Of a stretch of 15,538 nt of DNA, positions 1 through 8,817 are shown one piece after another (position 1 is the first letter of the stretch; every line of letters starts with the position of its first letter). This DNA comes from Armatimonadota bacterium (lineage in GTDB: Bacteria > Armatimonadota > Fimbriimonadia > Fimbriimonadales > GBS-DC). Location of the stretch: NCBI GenBank assembly GCA_037445735.1, contig JBBIJY010000041.1:1-15538 (forward strand), in the 5' to 3' direction. A program made the translations under genes and the position numbers. The notes under the pieces are model-generated. The model saw only the letters and a program-made list of their open reading frames with translations. It was not told the DNA's origin and made no database searches.

Positions 1-63
1 CGCGCACACCGTACACACGCTCCGTTATAGCCAGTTTGTAGCCTACCTCTGAGGGATTGAAAG
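1..63 (+). CRISPR. Trailer end of left CRISPR array: partial spacer (1-33) plus terminal repeat (34-63)
   Basis: 34-63 reads GTTTGTAGCCTACCTCTGAGGGATTGAAAG, 29/30 identical to the reverse complement of the repeats at 15375-15536 (last base G instead of C, typical of a terminal repeat). The ATTGAAA(C) 3' end implies + strand transcription. No further repeat follows. Confidence 0.9.
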
Positions 64-68
64 TGGGA

Positions 69-74
69 TATAAT
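69..74 (+). promoter_or_regulatory. Putative -10 element (TATAAT) for the HAF-repeat gene
   Basis: Perfect TATAAT in a GC-rich background, about 50 nt upstream of a GGAGG RBS (~113-117) and ATG 127. No consensus -35 seen. Confidence 0.45.
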
Positions 75-126
75 AGAGGTGGCTCTTGCTGAAAGGAGCG
101 CGAACGGCAGTGAGGAGGAAGTGGCG

Positions 127-2509
127 ATGAGATGGATCGGTCAATTGGGGCGGCTTGTTTCCGAAAGCGGGATCGGGCGTACGCTTCGATTGAGCCTGTT
201 AACGGTGGTGCTGGGCGGATGCGCCTTCTCTGCAGGGGTTGCCCAGCGCCTGATCTGGCTGGGCACACTGGGCGGCGATCAAAGCTCGGCTTCCGGCGTG
301 TCCGCGAATGGCGCGGTCGTGGTCGGCACGGCGCGCAACGCCAGCGGTCAAGCCCGCGCCTTCCGATGGACCATCGATGAAGGCATGCGCGATCTGGGCA
401 CGCTGGGTGGTGCCGAAAGCGAAGCCCTTGGCGTATCGGCCGACGGCAATGTAATCGTCGGCTCAGCCCATAACGCTCAGCAGTATCGACTCCCGTTTCG
501 CTGGACGCCTGCCGGGGGGGATGCACTCGCTGGGGAGTTACCGAACGCTCAGCGGCGCAGCGACCGATGTCTCCGCCGATGGCACCGTGGTGGTCGGCTG
601 GATGCGGGACATCTTTTCTTTTTTGGAGGAGGCATTTCGCTGGACTGTATCGGGCGGCATTCAATGGCTTGGGACACTGGGTGGAGCGTCCAGCTTTGCC
701 AGAGGTGTTTCCGATGATGGCACAACCGTGGTGGGTGAAGCCAGCGATCTGCTTCAGAGAGGGCGCGCTTTTCGCTGGACCGTTGCGCGTGGCATGCAGG
801 GCTATGGCACCTTTGGAGGCGGCTGGAGCGGCGCCTATGCCGTTTCAGCGGATGGCTCGGTGGTTGTGGGAGCAGCGACCGATTCTGATGACATCTACTA
901 CCCTTTCCGCTGGACGGAAGAGACCGGGATGCAGCGTTTAGGCTCGCTGGGCGGCAGATTGGCGGCGGCGAACGCTGTGTCTGCCGATGGGCAGATAGTG
1001 GTTGGCTCTGCAACCGATCCCGCAGGGGTTCAGCATGCTATCCGCTGGACGGTGGCTGGCGGGCTGGAAAATCTGAACCTCACCTATGCCGCGCTGCTAA
1101 CGCCAGGCTCCCGGCTCTTATCGGTAACCGATCTCTCACCGGATGGACGCTATCTGGTGGGCAGTGGCTACAACGCGCTGACGGGGCGCACGGAAGCCTT
1201 CTGGCTGGATACTGTACCGGAACCGGCAAGCGGGCTGTTGATGGCGGGCGGTCTACTGGCTCTGCTGGTTCGGCGTCCGCGTCGGCTGCTGAACCGACTA
1301 TTGGAGCGTGGCACAGCGAGCCTGGCCCTGCTCCTCGCGGTGCTTTTGTGCCCCCTTTCTGTCCATGCCCAGCGACTCACATGGCTGGGCACACTCGGCG
1401 GCAGCCAGAGTCAGACGGTAGGCGTCTCTGCCGATGGCACCGCCGTTGCGGGCTGGTCTCTCACCGCTGAAAGATATAGACGCGCCTTTCGATGGACGAT
1501 CAGCTCAGGGATGCAGGACCTCGGCACGCTGGGTGGTTCCGAAAGTCTGGCAAAAGCGATCTCGGACGACGGCACCACGGTGGTGGGCGTTGCGCATCGC
1601 ACAGGCAACTGGTCAAGAGCGTTCCGCTGGACGACCACACACGGCATGCAGGCGATTGATCCGGCGGATCGATACGGAGTCGCGTATGGCGTTTCCGCGG
1701 ATGGGTCTGTCGTGGTGGGCATGATCCAGCTGCCGAACCTCCAGCGGGTCGCCTTTCGATGGACCACCGTAAACGGATTGCAGGTGCTGGATGCCGATCC
1801 GGGTCGTGCAAGCACTGCCTACGATGTTTCCCCGGACGGCTCCATCGTGGTCGGCGGGGTGGGCATCCCGAACGAGGAGCGCGCTTTTTCCTGGACACAG
1901 GCGACGGGTTTGCAGATTCTCAGCGGCGCCCTTGCTACTGCCAACTGGGCGCTGGGCGTTTCCGCCGATGGAACCGTCATCGTGGGCGCATGGCAACCCA
2001 TATGGACGCAACTGCGGGCTTTCCTCTGGACGCCCAATCAGGGTATGCAGGATATGGGCACCCTCGGCGGCACAGAAGCAATTGCGAACGATGTTTCAGC
2101 AACGGGCACGACGATAGTTGGCACCGCCTATAACGCAAGCAACTGGCAGTGCGCCTTCCGCTGGACGGCTGCCCGCGGGATGGAAAATCTGAACACGGTT
2201 TATGCCGGGCTGCTCGGCTCAGGCTCGGAGCTGTGGGGCGCGCTGGGAACCTCGCTGGATGGACGCTACATTGTCGGAGCTGGCAAAAATGGGGCTACGG
2301 GGCGGATCGAAGCCTTCCTGCTGGATACCTGGCGTTCCGGTGATGCCAACGGCGATGGCTGTGTGGATGACGCCGACCTGCTGAATGTGCTGTTCGCCTT
2401 CGGCTCAGCAGGAACGGGCTATACCCGCCATGAAGATATGGATAAGAATGGGGTTGTGGACGACGCCGACCTGCTGATGGTGCTCTTTAACTTCGGCAAC
2501 GGCTGTTAG
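127..2509 (+). CDS. Secreted HAF-repeat (extracellular beta-propeller-like) protein, frameshifted at G7 (514-520). Two tandem HAF domains, internal PEP-CTERM plus second signal peptide, C-terminal dockerin-like domain
   Basis: Frame 1 gives a signal peptide (..GGCAFSAGVA|QRLIWLGTLGG) and HAF repeats up to FRWTPAGG. Frame 2 from 521 continues MHSLGSY.. with repeated 'A.GVSADG.VVVG....AFRWT...GMQ.LGTLGG' units. Removing one G gives a single ~793-aa ORF. Confidence 0.85.
1214..1285 (+). other. Internal PEP-CTERM (exosortase) sorting signal
   Basis: VPEPASGLLMAGGLLALLVRRPRR: VPEP motif, hydrophobic helix and basic cluster, but not followed by a stop codon. Confidence 0.85.
2339..2506 (+). other. 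C-terminal dockerin-like / double EF-hand Ca-binding domain
   Basis: Duplicated motif GDANGDGCVDDADLLNVLFAFG ... EDMDKNGVVDDADLLMVLFNFGNGC. Confidence 0.75.
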
Positions 2510-2575
2510 TCCAGAAGGCAGATCGACGAACTCCATCAGCAGGACTCGCGCCTGCGGGCGGCGAAACCCGCTGGT

Positions 2576-5500
2576 ATGAGAGGGCGAGCCTTTTTATTCG
2601 GAATCGCGTTTCTCGCGTGCGTTTGTGCATGGGCGTCTATCGAGAGCAGGGGCACGGATTCCGCGCCCTATTCCGCCGAGCTGTTTAAAAACCTGCGCTG
2701 GCGCAATATCGGTCCAGCGAACATGGGCGGGCGCGTCACCGATATCGAGGGCGTGCCCGGCAATCCCCGCGTGGTCTATGTGGCAACGGCGTCTGGCGGG
2801 CTGTTCAAGACCACCGATATGGGCATCACCTGGACGCCGCTGTTCGACGAGCAGGAGACGCTCTCCATCGGCGATATCGCCATCGATCCGCAGAACCCCG
2901 ACATTATCTGGGTGGGCACGGGCGAGGGCAATCCGCGCAACAGCGTCTGCATCGGCGCGGGCGTCTATAAATCGACCGATGGCGGCAAAAGCTGGCAGTT
3001 TCTGGGTCTGCGCGAAACGCGCCACATCACCCGCATTATTGTGCATCCCCGCGATTCGAACACCGCCTGGGTCGCCGCGCTGGGGCACGCCTTCGGACCC
3101 AACGAGGAGCGTGGCGTCTTCATGACCACCGACGGCGGCAAAACCTGGCAGAAGGTGCTGTATATCGACGAGTATCACGGCGCCGCCGACCTGGACATCG
3201 ACCCGGTGAACCCGAACATCCTCTATGCCGCCATGTGGCGATTTGAGCGCAAGCCGTGGACCTTCACCAGCGGTAGCGAGAAGGGTGGCGTGTTCCGCTC
3301 CACCGATGGCGGGCGCACCTGGAAGAAGCTGGAGAACGGGCTGCCCAAGCTGATGGGGCGCATCGGGGTCAAGGTCGCGCCCAGCAACCCGAATGTGGTC
3401 TATGTGATTGCCGAGTCGAACGACGGCGTGCTGTTCCGCTCCGATAATCGCGGCGAGAGCTTCGAGCGCGTCTCCACCGAGACCGCCATCGTCTCGCGCG
3501 GCTTCTACTACACCGACATGCGCGTCGACCCGAAAGACGAGAACCGCCTCTACTTTCTGGCGACCAGCTTTCGGGTGTCCATCGATGGCGGGCGCACCTC
3601 CACGCCGATAGCCAACCGTGTGCATAGCGACCATCACGCGCTCTGGATCGACCCGACCGATCCCAACTTTCTGTGGCTGGGCAACGACGGCGGGATCGCC
3701 TTCTCGATGGATCGCGGGCGCACATGGGATGTGGTCAGCAATCTGCCGCTGGGACAGTTCTACCAGATTCATCTGAGCAACGAGTCGCCCTTCTACCGCG
3801 TGGCGGGCGGACTGCAGGATAACGGCAGCTGGGTCGGCTTCGTGCGCACTAAAGAGGGCGGCATCGTGAACGAACACTGGCAGATGGTCAGCTTCGGCGA
3901 CGGCTTCCACTGCGTCATTCACCCGCAGAACCCGAACCTGATCCTCAGCGAGTCGCAGGGCGGTGATCTCTACCGCACCGATCTGGCGACGGGCATCCAG
4001 CTGGAGGTCAGCCCTCAGCCGCGTCGCAACGACGGCGGTCCCGTCGGCGAGCTGAAGTACCGCTTCAACTGGAACACGCCGATTGTGCCCAGCCCGCACG
4101 ACCCGAACACCGTCTATGTGGGCGCCAATGTGGTCTTCCAGTCGACCGACTTCGGGCTGACCTGGACACCCATCAGCCCTGACCTGACCACCAACGATAA
4201 GAACAAGCAGAAGGATGCAGGCGGTCCCGTGTGGGTGGAGAACACGACCGCCGAGTATCACTGCACGATTATCAGCATTGCTGAGTCGCCCGTGCAGGCG
4301 GGGGTCATCTGGGCGGGCACGGACGACGGCAACCTGCAGGTGACCTTTGATGGCGGGCGCACATGGCGCAACCTCACACCGAATGTGCCCGATCTGCCGC
4401 CCAGCTCCGCTGTTTCCCACATCGAGCCGTCGCGCACAGGGGTTCAGGTCGCCTATGTCGCGTTTGACCGCCACATGCTGGATGACTACAAGCCCTACCT
4501 CTACAAGACGACCGATGGCGGCAAAACCTGGCGCAAGATCACCAGCGGCTTGCCCGACGAGGCGTATATTTTCGTGGTGCGCGAAGACCTGAAAAACCCG
4601 AACCTGCTCTTTTGCGGCACGGAGCGCGGGCTGTTCGTCTCGTTCGATGCGGGCGAGCGGTGGCAGCGGCTGCCGGGGCTGCCACCCGTGCGCGTGGACG
4701 ATATCCAGATTCATCCGACGGAGCATGATCTGGTGGTGGGCACGCATGGGCGCAGTATCTGGGTCCTGGACGACATCACGCCGCTGCGCGAGATCAGCGC
4801 GGAGGTGCTGCAGAAGCCTGCCTATCTGTTCATGCCGCGTGTGGCGTGGCGCTACTCGACGCGTTTTGCTCGCTACGGTCGGGGCGACCGCCCCATCGTC
4901 GCGCCGAACCCGCCTGCAGGGGCAATGCTCACCTTCTACCTGAAGGAGAAGCCCCAGCAGGGTAGCCTGCGCATCCAGATTCTCGACTCGCAGGGCAAGG
5001 TGCTTCAGGAGCTGCGTCGCCTGCCGCAGGAGCCGGGCATCCATCGTGTGGAGTGGAACCTGCGCATGCGGGTCAGCCCGCGCGACGAGGAGGAGACGCC
5101 TCAACCATCCCCAACAGGGCGGCGCGGTGGCGGTGCCGTCATGGGACCCCAGGTGCTGCCAGGCACCTATCGCGTGCGCCTGATGCTCGGCGACTATCAG
5201 CAGGAGCAGCCGCTCACCGTGAAGGTGGAACCCGCGCTGGAACCCTACCTCGCCAGTATGAAGGCGGGCTTCCAGTTCGCGCTGGAGACGCTCGATATGA
5301 TCCGCCAGCTGGATCGGGCGATGCGCCTGCTCAATAGCGTCGAGGAGCAGATCAACAACCTGCGCCAGACCGCTCGCCAGCAGGACATTCGGCTCCCGCG
5401 CGAGCTGAACGAGCTGCTAACTGAGCAGGTCAAAAAGCTCGACGAGCTTCAGGCGAAGGTGGAGAACCCGCAGACGGGACCTGCCTACTCGCGCGGTCCG

Positions 5501-5728
5501 CGCCTGCGTGCGCGGCTCAACTCGGTCTACGGCATGATGGGTAGCAACACGGGACCCACCGCCGCGCAGGTGGAGTTCTTCAACGAGGTCAAAGCCGAGT
5601 GGGAGTCGGTCATCAGTGCGATGCGGGATTATCTGCGCGTGGAGGTGCCGAAGCTCAACGAGCAGCTGCGGGCGAACCGGCTGCCAGAGCTAATGGTGAA
5701 CCTGAGCGCGCTCGACTCGGCGGAGTAG
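2576..5728 (+). CDS. Secreted VPS10/sortilin-like BNR (Asp-box) repeat protein, putative glycosyl hydrolase
   Basis: 1050 aa. Signal peptide, WRNIGPANMGGRVTDI start, many S/T-x-D-G-G-x-T/S-W Asp-boxes, GGLQDNG and GDGF motifs, then a C-terminal Ig/FlgD-like segment and helical coiled-coil tail typical of the family. Confidence 0.9.
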   Translation: MRGRAFLFGIAFLACVCAWASIESRGTDSAPYSAELFKNLRWRNIGPANMGGRVTDIEGVPGNPRVVYVATASGGLFKTTDMGITWTPLFDEQETLSIGDIAIDPQNPDIIWVGTGEGNPRNSVCIGAGVYKSTDGGKSWQFLGLRETRHITRIIVHPRDSNTAWVAALGHAFGPNEERGVFMTTDGGKTWQKVLYIDEYHGAADLDIDPVNPNILYAAMWRFERKPWTFTSGSEKGGVFRSTDGGRTWKKLENGLPKLMGRIGVKVAPSNPNVVYVIAESNDGVLFRSDNRGESFERVSTETAIVSRGFYYTDMRVDPKDENRLYFLATSFRVSIDGGRTSTPIANRVHSDHHALWIDPTDPNFLWLGNDGGIAFSMDRGRTWDVVSNLPLGQFYQIHLSNESPFYRVAGGLQDNGSWVGFVRTKEGGIVNEHWQMVSFGDGFHCVIHPQNPNLILSESQGGDLYRTDLATGIQLEVSPQPRRNDGGPVGELKYRFNWNTPIVPSPHDPNTVYVGANVVFQSTDFGLTWTPISPDLTTNDKNKQKDAGGPVWVENTTAEYHCTIISIAESPVQAGVIWAGTDDGNLQVTFDGGRTWRNLTPNVPDLPPSSAVSHIEPSRTGVQVAYVAFDRHMLDDYKPYLYKTTDGGKTWRKITSGLPDEAYIFVVREDLKNPNLLFCGTERGLFVSFDAGERWQRLPGLPPVRVDDIQIHPTEHDLVVGTHGRSIWVLDDITPLREISAEVLQKPAYLFMPRVAWRYSTRFARYGRGDRPIVAPNPPAGAMLTFYLKEKPQQGSLRIQILDSQGKVLQELRRLPQEPGIHRVEWNLRMRVSPRDEEETPQPSPTGRRGGGAVMGPQVLPGTYRVRLMLGDYQQEQPLTVKVEPALEPYLASMKAGFQFALETLDMIRQLDRAMRLLNSVEEQINNLRQTARQQDIRLPRELNELLTEQVKKLDELQAKVENPQTGPAYSRGPRLRARLNSVYGMMGSNTGPTAAQVEFFNEVKAEWESVISAMRDYLRVEVPKLNEQLRANRLPELMVNLSALDSAE

Positions 5729-5733
5729 CCCTG

Positions 5734-6867
5734 CTACTCGCCCGCGAGCCACTCGCGCAGCTCGTCGATGGGGCGGGCGTGGCGCCAGCTGAGCGCGCCC
5801 ACCCGCCGCCCATCGCGATAATAGGTGACCACGCCCGCGCCCTCGGGCAGGTCGCCCTCGATGCGCATCTCTAACTGGCTATCGATCAGCCCGACCGCCT
5901 CATACCGAATGCCGAACAGCTCGCTGTAGAACATCGGCAGGTGTTCGTAGGGTTGCGCCGCGCCCGCCATCGCCTGACCCGCATAGAAGCCGCTGGCAAT
6001 CGCGTGGTCTTCATGCTCGACGCGCGTTTCGATGCCCAGTGCGGCGTAGGGGAAGCAGGCAACATCGCCCGCCGCATACACATCGGGGTGCTCCGTCTGC
6101 AAGAAGGGATTGACGCGGATGCCGTCGGGCGTGGGTAGTCCAGCGGAGCGTGCCAGCTCATCGCGGGGTCGCACGCCCAGCCCCGCCACCAGCGCGTCGA
6201 ACGCGAGCGTCTGCCCGCTGGACAGCTGCACCTGCCACCGCTCGCCCCGCTCCACCGCCTGAACCAGCACGCCGGTCAGCACCTCGACGCCCCGCTCGCG
6301 ATAGAAGGCGTTCAGCCAGTCGCTGAGGATCGGGGGTAGCAGGCGAGCGCAGATGCCCGATTCGGGAAAGAGCATCGTGACGCGCCTGCCGCTGGCAGCG
6401 AGCGCGGCGCCCAGCTCCGAGCCGATATAGCCCCCACCGATGATGCCGATATGCTCCGCGCTCTGAACCTGCTCGCGCAGGGCAAAGTAGTCATTCAGGG
6501 TGCGGAAGTAGAGCACGCCGTCGGGCGCGCTCGGCAGGGTGCGCGGCATGCAACCCATCGCCAGCAGAAGTTTTTCGAAGCCCCACTCGTTGCCGCGCTG
6601 ATCCAGCACGCGCTTTGCACCCGGATCGAGCTGGACGACCCGCACCCCTGTGTGAATCTCCGCGCCCGCATCGGCGGTCGGCAGCCATACCTCATCGAGC
6701 GGCGTGCCGAACCAGAGCGCCTTGCTCAACATGGGGCGGCGATAGGGCGGATGCGGCTCCTCCGTCAAAATCGCGATACTGCCCGATTCATCGACGGCGC
6801 GAATGCCCATCACCGCCGAATCGGCTGCCAGTCCGCCTCCAATAATCAGATAGCGATAGGTTCGCAT
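5734..6867 (-). CDS. FAD/NAD(P)-dependent oxidoreductase (ferredoxin reductase / AIF / MDHAR-like)
   Basis: YLIIGGGLAA FAD fingerprint, PYRRPMLSK, IIGGGYIGSE NAD fingerprint, TEHPDVYAAGD, RVEHEDHA, PMFYSELF. Start placed at ATG 6867 (MRTYRY); ATG 6891 is an alternative. Confidence 0.9.
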   Translation of the reverse strand: MRTYRYLIIGGGLAADSAVMGIRAVDESGSIAILTEEPHPPYRRPMLSKALWFGTPLDEVWLPTADAGAEIHTGVRVVQLDPGAKRVLDQRGNEWGFEKLLLAMGCMPRTLPSAPDGVLYFRTLNDYFALREQVQSAEHIGIIGGGYIGSELGAALAASGRRVTMLFPESGICARLLPPILSDWLNAFYRERGVEVLTGVLVQAVERGERWQVQLSSGQTLAFDALVAGLGVRPRDELARSAGLPTPDGIRVNPFLQTEHPDVYAAGDVACFPYAALGIETRVEHEDHAIASGFYAGQAMAGAAQPYEHLPMFYSELFGIRYEAVGLIDSQLEMRIEGDLPEGAGVVTYYRDGRRVGALSWRHARPIDELREWLAGE

Positions 6868-6916
6868 AGCTTGTGCAGGGGTTTCCCCCATCGCCAGTAC
6901 CAGCCCCAGGCTGCCA

Positions 6917-7933
6917 TCAGTTCACCTGCACCTCGATTCGGGCGGTGGCAGGTTTGCGGGCGCCGTAGGGGTCAGCAATCGTGAGCCATACGGTGAAGGT
7001 GCCTTTCCTGGGGAATCGGCGTCGAATCACGCTGCCCTCGCCGTCCACCACACTGGGATCACCGCCGAAGCTCCAGCGGAAGACCACCGGGATCGTGCCC
7101 GACTCGCTGATGCCGTAGAAAATCAGCTCATCGTTCGCCGCGATGACAATCCTGTTATCGCGGCGCGAGTCGTAGCTGAACCCATAGCTGTTCTGCACAT
7201 AGATGTAGCCCTGCAGGGGTGTCTGCTCGGAGAGGGTGCGAATCTCGCCGAGATAGAAGGTGGCGCTGGCATCGCCGAAGATGCCGATGCGCGCGATCTG
7301 CCCGTTCGTCTGCTTCAGGAGCGGGATGGCGTTCAGCGGCATGCTGACCGACTGCCAGCCCGATTCGTCGGCTCGCACGCCCTGCAGGGGCAGGAGAAAG
7401 TCGGTGCGTTTGCCGTCGCTGGTCTCCAGCACGATGCGCAGCTGCTGGAGGGTGGGTGGCGCGGTGGTTGTGCCGCCTCCGCCCGCAGGGGGTTGACCAC
7501 CTTCGCCAAATTCGCCACTGAAACCGCCGCCGCGCGGTCCACCTGCACCGCGCGGGGGACCACCGGGTGCGCCCAGACCGCCGCCGCGTGGCGGACCGCC
7601 CGGCGCACCACCTGCCGCGACCGTCGCCGTGCCCGGAAAACGCAACACGAAGCGCAACACCTTATCGGGCGCGTTCAAATCCGTGCGCAAATCCACAGGG
7701 GTGCTGAACTCGATCCAGCCGCCCGCAAAGTAGCCGCGTGTGGACAGCTTGATCGAACGGCTGCCCACAAAAGTGGTCTCCGTCGCCTCTTCAATCGTGC
7801 CGGAACCCCACGCGCGTAAAGTGATGCCCGCTTCCGTCGACGGCAAGCCGCGATAGAGCGCCATGTCGGCAAATGCTGCCGCCAGCCCGGTTAGCGCCAG
7901 CCCCGTCAGTGCCATTCTGTGGATCATCATCAC
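6917..7933 (-). CDS. Secreted hypothetical protein: beta-rich carbohydrate-binding-like region with Gly/Pro-rich insert and C-terminal PKD-like domain
   Basis: GGAGG RBS at 7940-7944. Signal peptide MIHRMALTGLALTGLAAAFA|D. C-terminus FRWSFGGD..GEGSVIRRRFPRKGTFTVWLTIAD resembles PKD. Start is GTG 7933 or ATG 7930/7927. Confidence 0.7.
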   Translation of the reverse strand: MMMIHRMALTGLALTGLAAAFADMALYRGLPSTEAGITLRAWGSGTIEEATETTFVGSRSIKLSTRGYFAGGWIEFSTPVDLRTDLNAPDKVLRFVLRFPGTATVAAGGAPGGPPRGGGLGAPGGPPRGAGGPRGGGFSGEFGEGGQPPAGGGGTTTAPPTLQQLRIVLETSDGKRTDFLLPLQGVRADESGWQSVSMPLNAIPLLKQTNGQIARIGIFGDASATFYLGEIRTLSEQTPLQGYIYVQNSYGFSYDSRRDNRIVIAANDELIFYGISESGTIPVVFRWSFGGDPSVVDGEGSVIRRRFPRKGTFTVWLTIADPYGARKPATARIEVQVN

Positions 7934-8008
7934 CAATCGCCTCCGTCACTCTAAGTGTACCCACTCCATTAGACGCCTGAAGCGCGGAACCCGATCAGGG
8001 CGATGGTG

Positions 8009-8014
8009 TATAAT
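8009..8014 (+). promoter_or_regulatory. Putative -10 element (TATAAT) for the vWA operon
   Basis: TATAAT in the divergent intergenic region, about 100 nt upstream of the GAGGAGG RBS and GTG 8113. Confidence 0.5.
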
Positions 8015-8112
8015 AGAGATGGCTGCATGCAGCCAGAACGAGCGGAGCGGGGACAGTCGGGGGAACTGTTATCACTGAAATTGCGTATTCCCCCTTTGAG
8101 GAGGTTCATAGA

Positions 8113-8817
8113 GTGCGACATTCCAGACAGAGCGCCCGAACGGGCGGAATGGGCGATGCCAATCCGCTGGTGCCAGTTGTTGCCTTCGTCGCGGTGCTGG
8201 CTCTGATTGGCGCGTTGGGGTGGTGGGTCTGGCGATACAGTCAATCCCAGCGTCTGAACCTGCCCGTGTGCCTCGGAGCCGCTTTCGATATCAGCCAGTC
8301 GATGCACAGAGCCGAGAAGCAACGCGCGGTCGGCGTGCTGTTCACCCTGATCGATGAAGTGCTACCCAATCAGACGCCGATGCGCCTCTGGGTCTACGCC
8401 GAACGCATCCACGAATCACGCGAAGATAGACCCCGCTACTCATCGGAGCTGAAGGAGTTCGCGCGACGCAATATCACCGAATCGATGGGTCAGTGGGGCA
8501 CCTATCAGAAACTGCCCCTGCAGCAAATGCTGGACTACGCTCGCCGTCACCCGAACGAGAAGGTGGTGCTGTGCCTCTTCACCGACGGCGAGGACCACAC
8601 GCCGAACGAAACCGCCCAGCTGGTGCGTGAGATCAACGCTCTGCCAAATGTGTGCGCCGTGCTGGTCGGTCCGCTGGAAGAGCAGTTCCGACTGGATTTC
8701 CGCCAGCGGCTGAAGCCCCTTGAGGAAAGCGGCAAGCTCATTCTGTTCGGAATGGGCGATGCCAGCCGCGCGGTGGACGATCTGAAACAGCGACTGGCGA
8801 AGGAGGCAGAACAGTAA
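8113..8817 (+). CDS. Membrane-anchored von Willebrand factor A (vWA) domain protein
   Basis: GAGGAGG RBS at 8098-8104. N-terminal TM (LVPVVAFVAVLALIGALGWWVW), MIDAS DISQS (DxSxS), GTY threonine and LFTDGED. Confidence 0.8.
   Translation: MRHSRQSARTGGMGDANPLVPVVAFVAVLALIGALGWWVWRYSQSQRLNLPVCLGAAFDISQSMHRAEKQRAVGVLFTLIDEVLPNQTPMRLWVYAERIHESREDRPRYSSELKEFARRNITESMGQWGTYQKLPLQQMLDYARRHPNEKVVLCLFTDGEDHTPNETAQLVREINALPNVCAVLVGPLEEQFRLDFRQRLKPLEESGKLILFGMGDASRAVDDLKQRLAKEAEQ

Noticed and set aside
57-74. TTGAAA in the repeat as the -35 for TATAAT at 69
   Set aside because: Spacing is only 6 nt.
79-717. 212-aa ORF as an independent gene
   Set aside because: Sequence after nt 520 is out-of-frame junk; it is the 5' part of the frameshifted HAF gene, and the RBS favours a start at 121/127 rather than 79.
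2594-5104. 836-aa minus-strand ORF
   Set aside because: Antisense shadow of the VPS10/BNR gene, expected from high-GC codon bias; no recognisable motifs.
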